A DNA stretch of 64,000 bases, from NCBI RefSeq assembly GCF_009914755.1, contig NC_060942.1. One strand, given 5' to 3'. Positions within the stretch are counted from its first letter, which is position 1; each line of letters starts with the position of its first letter. Shown here one piece after another: positions 14,875 to 30,595 of the stretch. The notes beneath the pieces were generated by a model. The model was not told the DNA's origin. It saw only the letters and a list, made by a program, of their open reading frames with translations, and did no database searches. The stretch is from the human T2T-CHM13v2.0 reference genome, Homo sapiens. A program made the position numbers and the translations under genes.

Positions 14875-15082
14875 CAGTGGTGTGCTGGAGCTAACTTACA
14901 CTGGCTTGGAAGAGCTGGCTTGGGGTATCTTTTTCCAAGTCTAATATTCAGTGACGCCATATTGGGAGCTTGAAATCAGCCATGATGAGTATTTTCACCA
15001 TGGAAATTGGCAAATGCTATAGACTAGGGCTTTGTTTTCCCTCTGAAAAGTCAGTTGTTAAAGAGTTACCAGCATTCCACTG
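14875..15082. mobile_element. MER63-like non-autonomous hAT DNA transposon
   Basis: Terminal inverted repeats cagtggtgtgctgg / ccagcattccactg; 8-bp flanks cttagaat / ctcagaat (7/8 match, hAT-type TSD). Confidence 0.8.
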
Positions 15083-17528
15083 CTCAGAATACTCAATCCA
15101 CAGTTAATTTCCCCTCAGACAACCTGCCATAGCCTGAAGCAGGGTCGTCTCAGAGACTGCTCTGTTTGCAGTGCACAATTTGACTGGGAGGTAATGACAC
15201 CAGTTGGATTCAGAGGCTTATAGGCATTTATGTTTCTCTTAGCATAAGACTAAGTATTAAGGTTTTTATTCCAGGTTATTATGAATACAATTATGCCTTG
15301 ACATTAGAGGATCTTTTTGAAAAGATCCCAACACAAGTGTGTTCTTTTGCAGAAGTTTTTGATTTCCTATTGTTGGCTCCTACTATACCAAATCATAATT
15401 CTTACCAAACATGCTTTTCTTGTCAATCAACGAATAAAATATTTAATGTGTATTTTTCACATGTAAGGCATGGTGATAGGCAATATGTTAGATACAGAGA
15501 ATAATTGTCTAGCCTCAAATTATTATCTTCAATAAGTTTGTAATTTAGAGAGAGATGCAAAACATGCACACATGAAAAGTTACATAAGAAAATGTATAAC
15601 AGTGTAGAATTTGATTGTATCCAGGCTGTCATGTTTTTCCCTTAACTTCAGTCTCAGCACATCATCGCATCAAAATACACACACACACACACACACACAG
15701 AACCTATTGAAGATTCTGATTAAAGGTTTCTGAAGGGTGAATACCAGGAGACAAGGAAGGAAGTTACATCTCACATTATGCAGCCAAACTTTCTAAAAAT
15801 CCTCTTTGAATATTTTTCTCTTCCCCCAAATTATTTCTCCCATAGCATGCTTCTTGTCTCTTCTCTTTCCTTTCCTTCTGTCCCTTTTTTCTTTATCCTT
15901 CCCTCTCATGCCTCATGTGAGCTCTGTGTTCCCATTTCTTCAGATGTTCTTGAGAGTTTGGCAAAACAAGGATCTCATGGGAGACCCACCCTCATTAGAA
16001 GGTAAAGAAGAAAAACTTGGTAAATTCCTATGATTCCATGTGCTTCTGCCACCAGTAAAGGATGAAAATTCAAGATGTGTCATAAGAAATATTCTAAATT
16101 AGAGGTAAAGAGTTGTGAGTTGTAAAATCAGAGAGGGGTAAACATGAAAAGATCATTTTGGGGAGTGGAAAAGCTTTCAGAAGGAGGAAGTGGTAGATGA
16201 GTAGACGTTCTTAAAATATAGAGAAAGGGAGTGGAGTAGCCAGTTTAGTGCTTCCTCACTTATGGGGTTCCCTGGAAAGTCATGGAGATGGGCTCACAGC
16301 CACCTAGTGAGGAGGGTAGTCAATGTGTCCAGGGAATGCAGATAGTCATCTCTTGCTTTTCATCTTATCATGTCCTTCGACATCCTCAAAATAACCACTA
16401 GTTCACAGACTCTTTTCTCCTCTCTCCAAAGAGGAGGAGGAGTCCATGTGTTAGGCAGGCTAAGTGAAGAGCAGTTAGATTTTTAGGACATCTCCAAGAT
16501 CATGCTGCAAGTTAGCATGGACGTAGGTCAAGGTCATTCCTAAGATATGTAGATTTTACCCAGGACTCTGACTGTTAATGTATTTAATGGGACAGTTTTT
16601 TCCAAGTAATTTTGAGATTACAATTTATACCAAAAGAGATAAACCTGGGTTTCCCTTGCTACACACAGTTATGCACATGAAACCCAATAACCAACTGGAG
16701 AATGGTTCTGTCATGCTGTTCAGGTCAGAAAACATCAGCCACCACCCTCATAGCATTTTTTTGCCTGTATTTTTGTATCAATCAACTAAATAAATTTTTA
16801 GGACAGTTTTCCCCTCTTCTTGCCAATGCAGACTCAAATGACTTTGATGTAAAAAGACAGTTTGGCTGTAAAATCTATTGTCAGCAACTTTGCAAAGTTC
16901 CTGGATTAAGAATTTTCAGCCTCCTCCTCCTGTCTGGTTGATAAGTTCAGAAATTTCACTCAATCATTATAAATTATTATCAAAACGCAAAGTTACTGCA
17001 GGAATTTGCACACTTTCCCATGTCCTATTGATGGAGCTGTCAGCATGGGGCATGGGGAGCCCAGAGTATTACATAATCGCTGTGTGAAGTCATTAAACTA
17101 ACAGCAACCTTATTTTCTTCACTTTCATGTCTGAACATCTACATTAATCTCAATCTCTCCATTCCCAATCAACTAATAAGTACTCCCACTCTTCTGACAG
17201 TATCGAAGGCACTTGAGTCATTCAACAGAATTTCATCAGGGCTTCAGGGATATTTGGCTCATCTGGATTCTGAACAACTTTTCCATCATCAGCAGCAGCT
17301 CCTTCTGGCCATGTGACCTTGACTAAGTTATTTAACATGTTTCTGAACCTCAGTATTTTCATCTTCAAGTTAAGTTAATTATATATTCCATCTCTTCCCA
17401 GGCTGTTATGAACATCCAGATTAGCTAATATGTAAGAAATTACTTGGCAACTCGAAAGTTCTGTACAGTATTGTAGTGACTTATATCCTCTTGTCTGATG
17501 AGAAAAGCAAGATTGCTATTGAGTCTAA

Positions 17529-17891
<363 letters not shown>

Positions 17892-19439
17892 TAATGCTCT
17901 GACTATTCTGTAGCATTTCTAGGATGTTCAATACACAAAAGTGGTAGTGGTTTTCTTTAGAACGTTATTTATTTCATGCAGATATCTAACATGTTGCCCC
18001 CAAATCCAAGTAACATTGTAGACATGGCATATTATTATGCTTTTTTGACATATACATTATGGAGGAAAATAGGGGTAAATCATTTCCAGTAGTCACTAGT
18101 ACATTTCCAACAAATAATAAGTCATTCTATTGAAGCCAAGATTCACGTGAACCACACATAATCCAACGTAAGAGAGATTGCCCAGAAAAAAGAAGCACAC
18201 CATGAGAACAAACAAACAAATTAAAAAATAACTCAGGTGGCCGGCAGCCACTCTTCCTGTTTCTCGTTTTTGCAACCATCAGTAAGTTCTTCCCAATTCT
18301 GATCTGGGTGCCTCTTTCTTTTCCTCTTAATTCTCCTGAGTCTGCATCATGCAAGCCTAAGAACAAAGCTAGTGAAGCAGATTGTTCCCGAGTGCAGGTA
18401 GAGAGGGGAACCTGACTGGACAGGGAGGGATGCCAGGGATACTCGTACGTTCAGAGTTTTTGACCCATCACAGGTATCAAGATGTGGTGAGAATTCTCAA
18501 TTGAATCGCTTCAGGATTTAGCTGTGTCTGGGTGACTGGAATCCTGGAGCAGGGTAGGACTGCTCAGGACTTATTTGTATGAGGAACCAAGGAAAACCTT
18601 GGAAAAGAAGGCAGACAGAAAGAAAGGGTCCTTGAGCAGGATACATTTCATTGAGGTCATGGCGGGTATCTTACCTCCATCCATCTAGAGGTATTTCAGA
18701 GGGATGGAGGTATCTGAAGAGGGTATTTTAGAGGGTATTTTAGAGGGGTGGAGGTATCTGAAGAGTGTAAATATCCACCTCTGCATTGTCCCTGAGCCTG
18801 GGTCACATGGACTCACATCAGAAACGTGGGGAGAGCAGCCTATCATAGAACAACAGATGGAAATAAAAGAGCTGAGGCATTGCAAAAGGAGGGAATGATC
18901 AGGGCTGGTGCCAGCAGCTCCTGCTGCAACAGGCTTTGCATCTTCAGCACGGGCAGATGTCAGTGTGCTCAGGGCAGGCCCTGGACAGTACCAGCTGTGG
19001 TTGGCAGTCCGCAACTTTGGCAAGCACTAGAAGTATAACTGATGGTTTTAGTGTCAGCAATGATGGAGGCTGGAGCCAGAGAGGAGCCAAATGGCCAGTG
19101 CTCTAGAACAGAACTTAACAGAACAGAATAGCCAAGAGAACTCATTGGGAATATCCAGAAGAGCTCTAGAGGGTAGGAGAATGGTTGAGACCCCTGAGTA
19201 ATTCGCTGATCTTGCTTTTCAGCCTTCCCATTTATATCATTTTTATGAGTATCTCTGTAGAATGTAAACTCAGAATGAGTGGCCCAAATGCTCCATTTTT
19301 CTCTCAGACCCACCCTGGGTAAATGCCTTGAAGTTAATCAGCATGTTAAAGGTTTGGTTCTTAAAAGAATTAGATACTTTTTTAAAGGAAAACATAGGTT
19401 AGAGGCCATGTTAGACCATCACATAATATATAGCAGATA

Positions 19440-19866
<427 letters not shown>

Positions 19867-20419
19867 CTATGTGTGCCCTTAGTTCTCTCATTTATGAAAT
19901 AAAGGACTGATACTGATGATGCAGAACATACCTTTCAGCTGTAAGCATCCACCTTCCCCGAGTCAGCAGCACAGCTAGCTGCTTAGTAGGTTCAAGGCTA
20001 GTGGTTGTCTCCATTATTAAACAAAGGAAAGATAAAAATCTGACAAAAAGGTGCATTTGGTTCAGGTGCAATTCAAGAACTTGGGGAACATCAGCATGCA
20101 TGTTGGATGAGGCTGACTTAAAAGGTGGAGAAGAGTTCTGGGCTGAAGGACAGGGGTCCCTAAGTGTGGATGTACAGAGGGAAGGATGATTGGTATTCAC
20201 AGTGGCATCTGAACTTAATAAGGAAGCAGAAGAAGCATGCAGCCGGATTGTGATGTGATGGGCACATCCTTCTAGAACCTCACAGCTTGTCCCCAGCACA
20301 GTCACTCTCAAAGAGGGACCCAAAGCCCTGCCCATTGAGTCTGATCTTTAGATGCTGTGAAGTCCAAGGACACGTGCCTGTGTGTGCTCATGAGCATGCA
20401 CACATGCGTAATTGCAATT

Positions 20420-20860
20420 AGAAAAGTATTGCTTATCAAAGTTCAATTAAGAAAGTTCGGGAAATACAGAAAAGTGCATAGAAAAAAAAAAAGAAAATGA
20501 TCCACGATCGCATTACTTACAAGTAAAACCTATTCATATTTTGGCTTGTTCCTTTCCTGTCTTTTCCTATACAGATGTAAAATATTACTAAATTGTCGTA
20601 TACAACTGTGCATCCTAATATTTTCCCTATTTTGCGACAGATAATATTATACTGGTTACTTACAGCATTTTTCTACATAGATGCATCTCATTCACTTGGA
20701 TGTTCTTTTTCTGTTTTACATTTATGTTATTACCAGTATGTTTCTATTATAAATGACTTTTAAACATATTTGTACAGAAAACTTTGGTCCATATTTCTAA
20801 TGACTTTCTTGGACAGATTCTTAGGGCGTGTACATTTTAGAAGTTCATAGTGTATTCCTT
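20420..20860 (-). mobile_element. Old L1ME 3' fragment
   Basis: gaaatacagaaaagtgcatag...tttctattataaatgac...ttggacagattcttag pattern of antisense L1ME 3' ends. Confidence 0.55.
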
Positions 20861-20989
20861 TCTTTATCTTAGTGAATGTGGGTTGATGGTAATGCCCAGA
20901 CTATACAGGGTCCTGGGCCCTGTAGCTAGAGAGGAAAGAGGCAGGACTGCTTGACCTCTGTAGCTCATAGGTCTGCAGGAAACAGAGAA

Positions 20990-22330
20990 AGTTTAGAAGC
21001 ACTTACAATAGGGTGTTTCATTTGGGTGCGAGATGTGTGAAGCCCCTGGTGTTGTCAGACAGCACTAGCAGAAGAACTAGAATGCCTGCCCCTGAAACGG
21101 GGGGCTCTGATGCTGCTGAAGAAAGGACATCCAGGCTGAGGCCTGAGGAGAGTATGCAGGAGCCGAGGGGAGCAGGAGGAGACAGGGTGCCCGGGCAGTC
21201 TGTCCAAAGGGGATGTACAAGGATTTTTGAGAGAAAGTATAGGGGAATTCAAGTTACTGAAAGGAGCACAATAATACTGAATAGTAAGGTGTTAGAGAGA
21301 GGAGTTTGCAGAGACAAACTAGGCCATATTATTAGTATCATCTAAGGCAGGGGTCCCCAACCCCCGAGACACAGATCAGTACCAGTTTGTGGCCTATTAG
21401 GAACAGGGCCCACAGCAGGAGGTGAGCAGCAGATGAGCGAGCATTGCCGCCTGACCTCTGCCTCCTGTCAGATCAGCAGTGGCATTAGACTCTCACAGAT
21501 GCGCAAACACTATTGTGAACTGTGCACACAGGGGATCTAGGGCGCATGCTCCTTATGAGAATGTAATGCCTGATGATCTGAGGTGGAATAGTTTCATCCC
21601 GAAACTATCTCCCCGCAACCCCTGGTCTGTAGCAAAATTGTCTTCCATGAAACTGGTCCCTTGTGCCAAAATGGTTGGTGACCACTGATCTAAGGCATTT
21701 GAGAAACTGGGGGGCAATAAGGAGCCATTGAAATGTTCTCAGTAGGAGTGGGAAGTGATTAACCCTGGGTATTAGATAAAGGTCACTTTGGTGCATATCC
21801 AAGAAGGGAGAAGGCTGGAGGCAGGGAGGCTATGTGGGAGGTGGTGAAAGTAATCTAGGTGAGAAACACTGTCATTTCCATAGGAAAATGGCAGCCAGAG
21901 TGGAGAGGGGCTGTTCCCAGGCTATTTAGGAAGCAAAATCGATAGGATTCAGTCACATCTGATTTGGGGGAAGTGACTAAGTGAGTTGGAGGGCTCTTGA
22001 GCTTGTCCTATGTGTATGACTGGGTGGGTGGTGGCCCCAGGCAGGCAGAGAGGGCACACAGGCACAGGAGATGGCTGGAGGTGTGCAGAGAGCAGGTGCT
22101 TGGTGAGTTGAGTTTGTTTCACTTTGAATCTACCACATTTGAAGGGGAAATTCAAGGGGAGGCAGTGAGCTCTTATAGCTACAGGTCTGGAGCTAGGGGG
22201 CAGGGGGAACTACAGGATGAAGACAATATGTTGGGAGTCATTGATCTGAACTGAGATGGAGCGAGGAGCAGGCCAGCAACTGTGACCCGGCACCTAACCT
22301 AGAAAGGGGGCTAAAAAGCACCAATAAGAG
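20990..22330 (-). mobile_element. L2 LINE (antisense), interrupted by MER1B
   Basis: Purine-rich antisense L2 motifs: ggagccattgaaatg...aggtcactttgg...gaaggctggaggcagggaggc...ggtctggagc. Confidence 0.7.
21348..21687 (+). mobile_element. MER1B hAT-Charlie DNA transposon
   Basis: Begins caggggtccccaacccc, ends ggttggtgaccactg (TIRs); perfect 8-bp TSD atctaagg at 21340-21347 and 21688-21695. Confidence 0.93.
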
Positions 22331-23071
22331 ACAATTATGTTCTCAAGACCTTCCCTCAGGGAGAAATGTTCTGGTCTGTCATTTGGGGTGAGGCGGTGAG
22401 ACCATCAAGGACAGAGAATCAAAAGTCTTCCTCTGGGGAGGGTGTCTGATCAGCTCTAGGGGCATTGGCTTTTCTGGGAAGCTTTGCAAGCTTTGGTCTT
22501 GAATACAGGTTGAGCAATTAGTTACAGATTATTTTGTTGGAAGGGTCGCCAAAGGGACAGCCCTCCTGCAGCACCTGCCTCAGATACATCCCACCATACA
22601 GGCCACTGAGATGGCCCTATGAGTTGACACAGAGCCAGGGAGGCCAGCAGACACGGACAAAGGCCGGGAAGCTTACAAAGGAGCAGTCAGCCCAGGAGGA
22701 GGGCTGCAGTGAGGCCACAGAAGTCCATGGTGTGAAGGTATAAAAGTACAGAGTTGGATATCAGTGACACTGTGGTTGACAAATCACTTCAAATGATAGT
22801 GGAAAAGTCTCCATTGGATTTAAGAAGGTGCTCAGTGGTCATTTTTGGTAGCACAGATGCTAGGAAAGGTGGAGGAAGGCGCCATCATGCTAGGTGTTGA
22901 CTTGTGTTATTGGGGTCAGGAAAGAAAGACAAAGAGTTCAACAAGTCTTTCAAGAAGTGTGTCCTTCTAAGGGCCAGAGGATGGAGTGTGAGTGTGTCTG
23001 CCTCCCTGTCCACTGGCCTCATAGCCTTTGCATCATTTGACAAATGTTTCAGCATCAAAATACGGTGTTTT

Positions 23072-23419
<348 letters not shown>

Positions 23420-24792
23420 TTATACATATATATGGTGTTTTATTATTTGAACCTTTGACATTTATTTGATTACTAGTAATAGTAAATATTTCCTCTTATG
23501 GCTATGTGTAATTTTGCTTACGTTATTTATGTCCATTGCCTGATAGTCTGTTAGATTAACCATGATGTTATTAATTTTGAAGACATATTTCTATATCATA
23601 ACCTCTTTGCAGTTATATTTAAGGCAAACACATTTTCACAGTATTAATTTTATTACTGCTTGTAACATATAGAATTATTTCCTAACTTTATGTTATAAAA
23701 TCTCTCATTGGATTATAGAGTCTTAATAGAAAAGTGAGCAGCAACAGTTTGAGCCCCTTGGGGAAGAGGAGACTCCCTGGGGGGACAGCACGGCCTCTGC
23801 TTGCATCCTAGGTTTTACTGAAGCACTGTTTGCAGAAAGCCTAGCGGGCTCAGAAAACCAGCCATGCCATGGTGGGAAGAAAGCCTTGCTGAGATCCTGT
23901 GGCTGAAAACCATCATGGGCTTTTGCTTTCAGACTGCCCATTGCCAACCGATGCAGGCCCAGAGAAGCAAGGAGGAGTGCTGTTCTGGGAAGGCGGTGGG
24001 CACATAGATGGAGCTAGACTTGCGACTTCAGGCCCTCAGCAGCCACATGATCTTGCAGCTGTGGGCCATGCACCTGCTTCTTGGGCCCATGATTAACCAG
24101 ATGTTCAGCTCCTTAAAGACAGACTTCGGGGCCCTTGGCTGGCAGGGGATGCAATCTGCAGATGAGAAGCTCTGAGAAGCAGTTCTCAAAGCCAGGATCC
24201 AGAGGCTCAGCCATGTGAGTTTCCTGTGAGAGGGAAAAGGCAGGAGCATAGAGGCCACTGAAGTTGTTCTCAAAAGCCCCAAGATACCTTTGGTCTCAGT
24301 GGAGGCATCCAGGACACAGCTGTCTTCACTTCTTCACTCAGTCATTTAGAAATTGTTCAGTGAGCACCCACCCTGTATAATTCACTGCTGCTGCAGCTGA
24401 GCTCAACATGGTGTCATCTAGGGGAGGAGCTTGAAGAGGTTGTGTTAAGGAAGAACCACGAGAGGAGTGCCCAGTTGGATGTGACCCCGGATGTGTAGGC
24501 ATCCAGGAGGCTGAAAGAAGGCTGACCCAGGGCCTGATCACTTGACAATGGACATGCTACCTCACAGAGCATAACACCACAACTAACACATCCTGAGCCC
24601 TCAATCAATGTTGTGCAATAAAGGAATAAACCTGGATGTCTTTCCTGTAACCAAACATTGGACTATTCATCAACTGTGCACTTTTTGTTCCCCAACGAGC
24701 ACAAGGGTTTGGACTGCACCATCCCCACTCTTTCTTGACTCTCTCTGTACACCATAAATGCATGGTTCAGGGTGATTTTGCTGGGCAAGGGT

Positions 24793-25478
<686 letters not shown>

Positions 25479-25669
25479 GGGAGGTTGGGAGTGCACCGTG
25501 TGATGTGTCTTTGCAAAGTCTACCCTGTACCAAGCTGACTGGCCCTATGGGATTTGTTAGCAACTAGCTGGGCCAGATCATTAGAAAACAATTTGAAATG
25601 CAGAATGAGGAATGGTGGCAAATTTGGCTATTTTTCTCAGGGTTTTGTTCAGCACCATTTGCTGCCATG

Positions 25670-25870
25670 CTACCAGCATAGTGGTTTGTGTGGCCTGTAC
25701 ATCCAGAATACCTGGGTTCAAATCCTGCTCCCTGCCTGTGTGATCTTGAGCAGGTGATATGAGCTGCCTGTGCCAAGTTCCGCATCTGTAAAGTGAGGGT
25801 GGTAAAAGGACCTACCTCGTAGAGTTGCTATGAGAATGAAGTAAGTTGGCGGGTGAAAAGGTGGTGAATA
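25670..25870 (+). mobile_element. MIR SINE
   Basis: cctgggttcaaatcctgctc...tgtgtgatcttgagcagg...catctgtaaagtgagg core. Confidence 0.8.
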
Positions 25871-26800
25871 TTCGTATTATTGATGTTATTATCACTGTAA
25901 GCAGCAGTGGCAGCAGCTGCCAAGCCTCACATTCCAACCTGAGAATTTCCAAGAGAAGGCAGATGATCTTGTAAAACTCCAGGAAGTCACATCTCTGATT
26001 TCCAGCCCTCCTGTCTACAGAGCCAAACCTTTCCGCAGAACTCTCCCTGCTACCATAAAATGCTGCCTCCACAGAGGGAACCCTCCCCAGGCACAAGGCA
26101 GATGGTTGCTCCGTTCCATGTGGCCCCTCACTGCAGTGCAGTGATGATGTTTGGGCTGAGCAAAAGACTTCAGTGCTCAGAGGAGAAGGAGCAGGAGGCT
26201 TTGCCAGCTTCCATTTGCATGAGAAAAGAACTGAGAGGAGAGGGGAGAAGGGGGAAGATGCTTGCTTCCTCCTTCCATCTTGGCATTCACAGAGCAGGCT
26301 GCATTTGAACACTGCCGTGCTATGTACATTGGATCCATGCAATGTTACATAAGTATTTCATAAGGGACAAGGTGACTTTGTGTTTTTTTCACCTGTTCTT
26401 CTCCTCTGATCCCAGAAGCTGGGAAGTAGGCTGGATGCAGAGAAAAGAGCATTGTTCTCAAGTCTGCTTCACTGCTTAAAGACTAAGAAGGAAAAAAAAT
26501 AGAAAGGAAAACAAGAATCATTGTCTCTTTTGTTTTCTCTTTAAAATATAAAAGGAACTCTGAAACCAAAGTTCGGATGACATCGTATGACATTTTCCTT
26601 TCCACATGGAAAAATTTTGAATAAAAGATCTGTTTTCTGGGTTGACACTTCTGGGCTCTTTCAATCTCCAGTAGCAGCAAACTGCTGTCATTTCTGGAAA
26701 TAAGGATGGCAAGACTCAGGGGGTTAATCTGCCTGATTTTGCTCTCCAAGGGTGACAGCGTAAAGCTCTTTGGCTCTGCATCCACAGTAATAGCTGAGGG

Positions 26801-26997
26801 CAGCGCTGCCCAACAGAACTTTCTGTGGTGATGGAAGCCTTCTCTAATCTGTGCTGCACATCTGGCAGCCACGAGCCACACGTGGCTATTGAGCGCTGGA
26901 AGTGGGGCTGCTGTGACTGTGGAACTGAGTTAACTTCACTGTTAATTTAAATTTAAATGGCCACGTGTGGTCTGTGGCTACAGTATTGGCAGGTGCA
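26801..26997. mobile_element. MER3-like hAT DNA transposon
   Basis: gctgcccaacagaactttctgtggtgatgg...gccacacgtggctattgagc...ggccacgtgtgg...gtattgg. Confidence 0.8.
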
Positions 26998-27203
26998 TGA
27001 GAGCAATAGCAAAACAAACTGTAAGTAGCATCCACAGATGTTGACTGAATGCATCACACAGATAAGATGGAAAAGGAAGAGCCTAAAAGTTCTGAAGAGT
27101 GATGTTCCCCTTCCACAGGAGCAGTTTATGTGTCAGTGGCAATGATGTTTTATGAATATTTGGGATGACCATTTTCTGTTTCATCTTTCAGCTGTGGGAG
27201 TAG

Positions 27204-27352
<149 letters not shown>

Positions 27353-28379
27353 CAGTCTACTTTTTTTAAAAGAGGAATGAGATCAAGATCACATTTCAAA
27401 AAATATGTTGTCTCCTAAAGTAAGTAATATTTCTACCTGGAAGCTCTTCCTTCAAGTCTAAAGTCAAAGGGAAAGACAATAATTTCTTCTAGGCTTTTGA
27501 GGTGATGATCATGGGGTTTGCTTAGATGTCAGATCCACGAGTCACCCTAAAGCCTGAAGAGACAGAGTAGATGGGAGCTGGTGTTGGGTGAACACTGGAC
27601 TGGTCCCAGGGCTGCGGTTCTTGATCAGTGTAATGCAGGAAGGAGTCGCCAATGTGGCCACGCTCCTGGTAGGGGTTCTTTGTAGGTACTAGAGGCTCAG
27701 TAGCTGTCCTGAGTCAAAAGACCAAAGAAAAAGGGAAGCCTCAAGGAGAGATGAGAGGACAGCAGATGAAAATGAGCCTGCAGGAAACCAAGCTCTGAGG
27801 AGAAATGGGCAGGCAGCCAAGAGCAGGGCAGAAACTGCAGCAGTAGCAGCGGCAGCAATGAAGTCTCCAAGTTATGAGTGGCAGGCTCTGAGAACAATGA
27901 TGGAGCAGGAAGTTAATGCAGAGGGCAGGCAGAGAGCCCCTGAGACGATAAGCAAGATGAGTGGAGAAAACCGACAGGACTTAGACCTGGGCATGGGCAG
28001 CAGAGGACCTTATCCCAGCAGCAGAGGGACTGGCAGTTAATGACGATGCTCGAACATCTGCTATACGTTGGGAATTTTGCACGCATTTAATATTTTGCAT
28101 GCAGATAATATTATTCCCATTTTATGAATGAATGAGCCCAGACTTAAAGTGCTGGAGGGATTTAATATTCTCCTGGATCTATCTGCCTTGCTGGCTACTC
28201 CTTCAGGCTTCCTTTTGAGTTCATTCTTCTCTTACCACGTCTGTAAATGTTAGAATTTTTTAAGGAATGTTACACAGTTGAGTCGTCTTCTCTTCTCACC
28301 CCCTACTTACTCAGCACAGTATAAACCACTCTCTGGGAACTCCAGAATTTTGTCTCTATCTGGAATCTCCCCTAGGAAT

Positions 28380-30390
28380 GGCAAAATTAACCTAAAGAAT
28401 GTACAAGGAAGGAAAAAATAGACATAAACCTAGGTATTTTTATTTTGTTAATTAGAAAAGTAGAAAGAACAGATAATGATTCCAAGAGTTGCTTTTCATT
28501 TAACCAATAAAATAACAAACCCTTAACTGACCCAATAAAGAAAATGGGAGCAGTCACAAAATTAGGAATGAGAAAATATTTCAAGAGACCACTCTGCTCA
28601 ATGCTATGTTGAAACTTTTGAAAACCTAAATACCAATTAAATTTTTCCAGTAAAATATTTATGACCAAGGTTTACTCTACAAGAGAGTCTACTACTAGAG
28701 TTGCCAGAATTAGTATACAGAAATTTGAATTTTAGATAAATAATTTTTTAGTATGTCTTACGCAACAGTTAGGACATACTTTTACTAAAAAAAAAAAAAA
28801 GTCATTGGTTGTTATTCTGAAATTCAAATTTAATTGGAAATCCTGCATTTTAACTGGCCGATCTATTAAAACAGATAAATTATTGTGGAGAAACAATAGG
28901 AACTTGTCAAAAGCTTTAAAAACATCAAGATCAGAAGTTTCAGGTAAAGCGTATGAATTAAATTCAAGCAATATTTTCAACTCTATTTAAATGATTCCAA
29001 AGCATAAAAAAACAGCTTCTAAGACATTTTTATAAAGCTACAAAGACTGAAGTCAAACCTGACAAGGAGAGTTAAAAAATGTGGGCAAAACAGTGGTGAA
29101 TATTCATGATAAAATCTTACTGTGATATTCACAAACATGGGGGAATGATATTTTCTTTAAAATCGACAGACTTTTTAGAGAAAAAAGGCAGTTGAAGAAA
29201 TTATCAACAGTGATTTTACCAAGTTCTTTGTATTTTTTCTCAGTCTTAACATGCCTATATATATTATGTACATAATTCTTAGCTGTAAGTCATTTTTATA
29301 ATAGATGCTATTTTCTGCAAGCCTCTCAAATTAAAACCCATTGTTCTGAAAGTACTAATCAATGCAATTACATAAGGGAAAAAATGAGACATAAATACTT
29401 CAACCACGGAGGCAAAATTATTACTGTTTTCAAACAATGTAGTTATTTACCTAGAAACTGCAAAAGAATCAATTGGAGGAATTCTGTTACCAGCAGAAGA
29501 TAGTTCAGTTAGGTGGATTGGTTTCACAATGAATATCCACATTCAGTGGCATTTCAGTAAACAAATAGTATTCAGCTATAAAATATAATGGAGCAAATTA
29601 TCTCATTTATAATAGCATAAAAAAGATAATGTGCCTAGACATAAATTTAATTAAAAATATAGGCTAGGTATGTTGGCTCATGCCCATAATCTCAAGACTT
29701 TGGAGGGCTGGAGGATCCCTTGAACCCAAGAGTTTGAGACCGTGAGACCCCAACTCTACAAAAAAATAAAATTAGCTCGGCATGGTGTGCATGCCTGTCA
29801 TCTCAGCTATTGTGGAGTCTGAGGCAGGAGGATTGTTTGAGCCCAGGAGTTTGAGGCTGTAGAGATCTGATTGTGCCACTGCACTCCAGCCTGGGTGACA
29901 GAGTGAGACCCTATCTCTAAAAATAAATGGGGGGCTATTAAATAAAACAACAACGTGTAACACTTCTTGAAGGACAAAAAAAAAATAAAAATAAATAAGT
30001 AGAAAGACCTGTCAAAGACCTATCATATTCTTGGGTAGGAAGATTCAATACTGTAAATGCATAAGTTTACCCTAAATTAAATCCATAGATCCAATTTAAT
30101 CCTCATCAAAATGCCAACAGGCACTTTTATATCTTGATAAAGTATTAAAGTTACTTGGAAACATAAGTTTGAGGAAACTCCATAGACTCCCGTATGCAAT
30201 AATCCATTAATAACCCAGTAATATTGGGGAGGATACACAAGAAGCTGTTTATAATATTCACCTCTTAGCAGTGGAAGTGAGGGGTAAAGACTTGAGCCAA
30301 AGATGTATTTTCATGTTATACTCATCTATGCTATTTGAATTTTTCCACAGGTGCAAATATTACTTATATGATTAAAAATAGTTATTTTAA
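28380..30390 (+). mobile_element. Old L1M ORF2/3' remnants (with nested MER53-like element ~28695-28865 and an Alu)
   Basis: ORF2-like tatttacctagaaactgcaaaagaatcaa; atattcttgggtaggaagattcaatactgtaaa...aaattaaatccatagatccaa. Confidence 0.7.
29662..29925 (+). mobile_element. AluJ with internal deletions
   Basis: Both arms recognisable; left arm shortened (gagaccgtgagacc junction). Confidence 0.9.
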
Positions 30391-30409
30391 AAGAACATTT
30401 CCATTATAT

Positions 30410-30595
30410 TGAGTACTGATTTGTAACCCTCTCTGCTCATTAGAATCATATAGGGAGCTTTGGAAAGACACCAGGTCTCAGCACTTGCCTCCAGATTCTA
30501 ATTCAATTTGGCTGTGTTAGGGCCCAGGCAATGGCATTTTTTACAAAAGTTCTCACTGATTCTGATGTGGAGCCAGGGCCGAGAGCCACCACTGT
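30410..30595. mobile_element. MER5-family DNA transposon relic
   Basis: cattagaatcatatagggagcttt...ccagattctaattcaatttgg...gggcccaggc...tgattctgatgtggagccaggg...gagagccacc. Confidence 0.7.

Noticed and set aside
25812-26342. 176-aa minus-strand ORF, the longest in the track
   Set aside because: Non-ATG start, overlaps a MIR, no recognisable domain or convincing splice structure.
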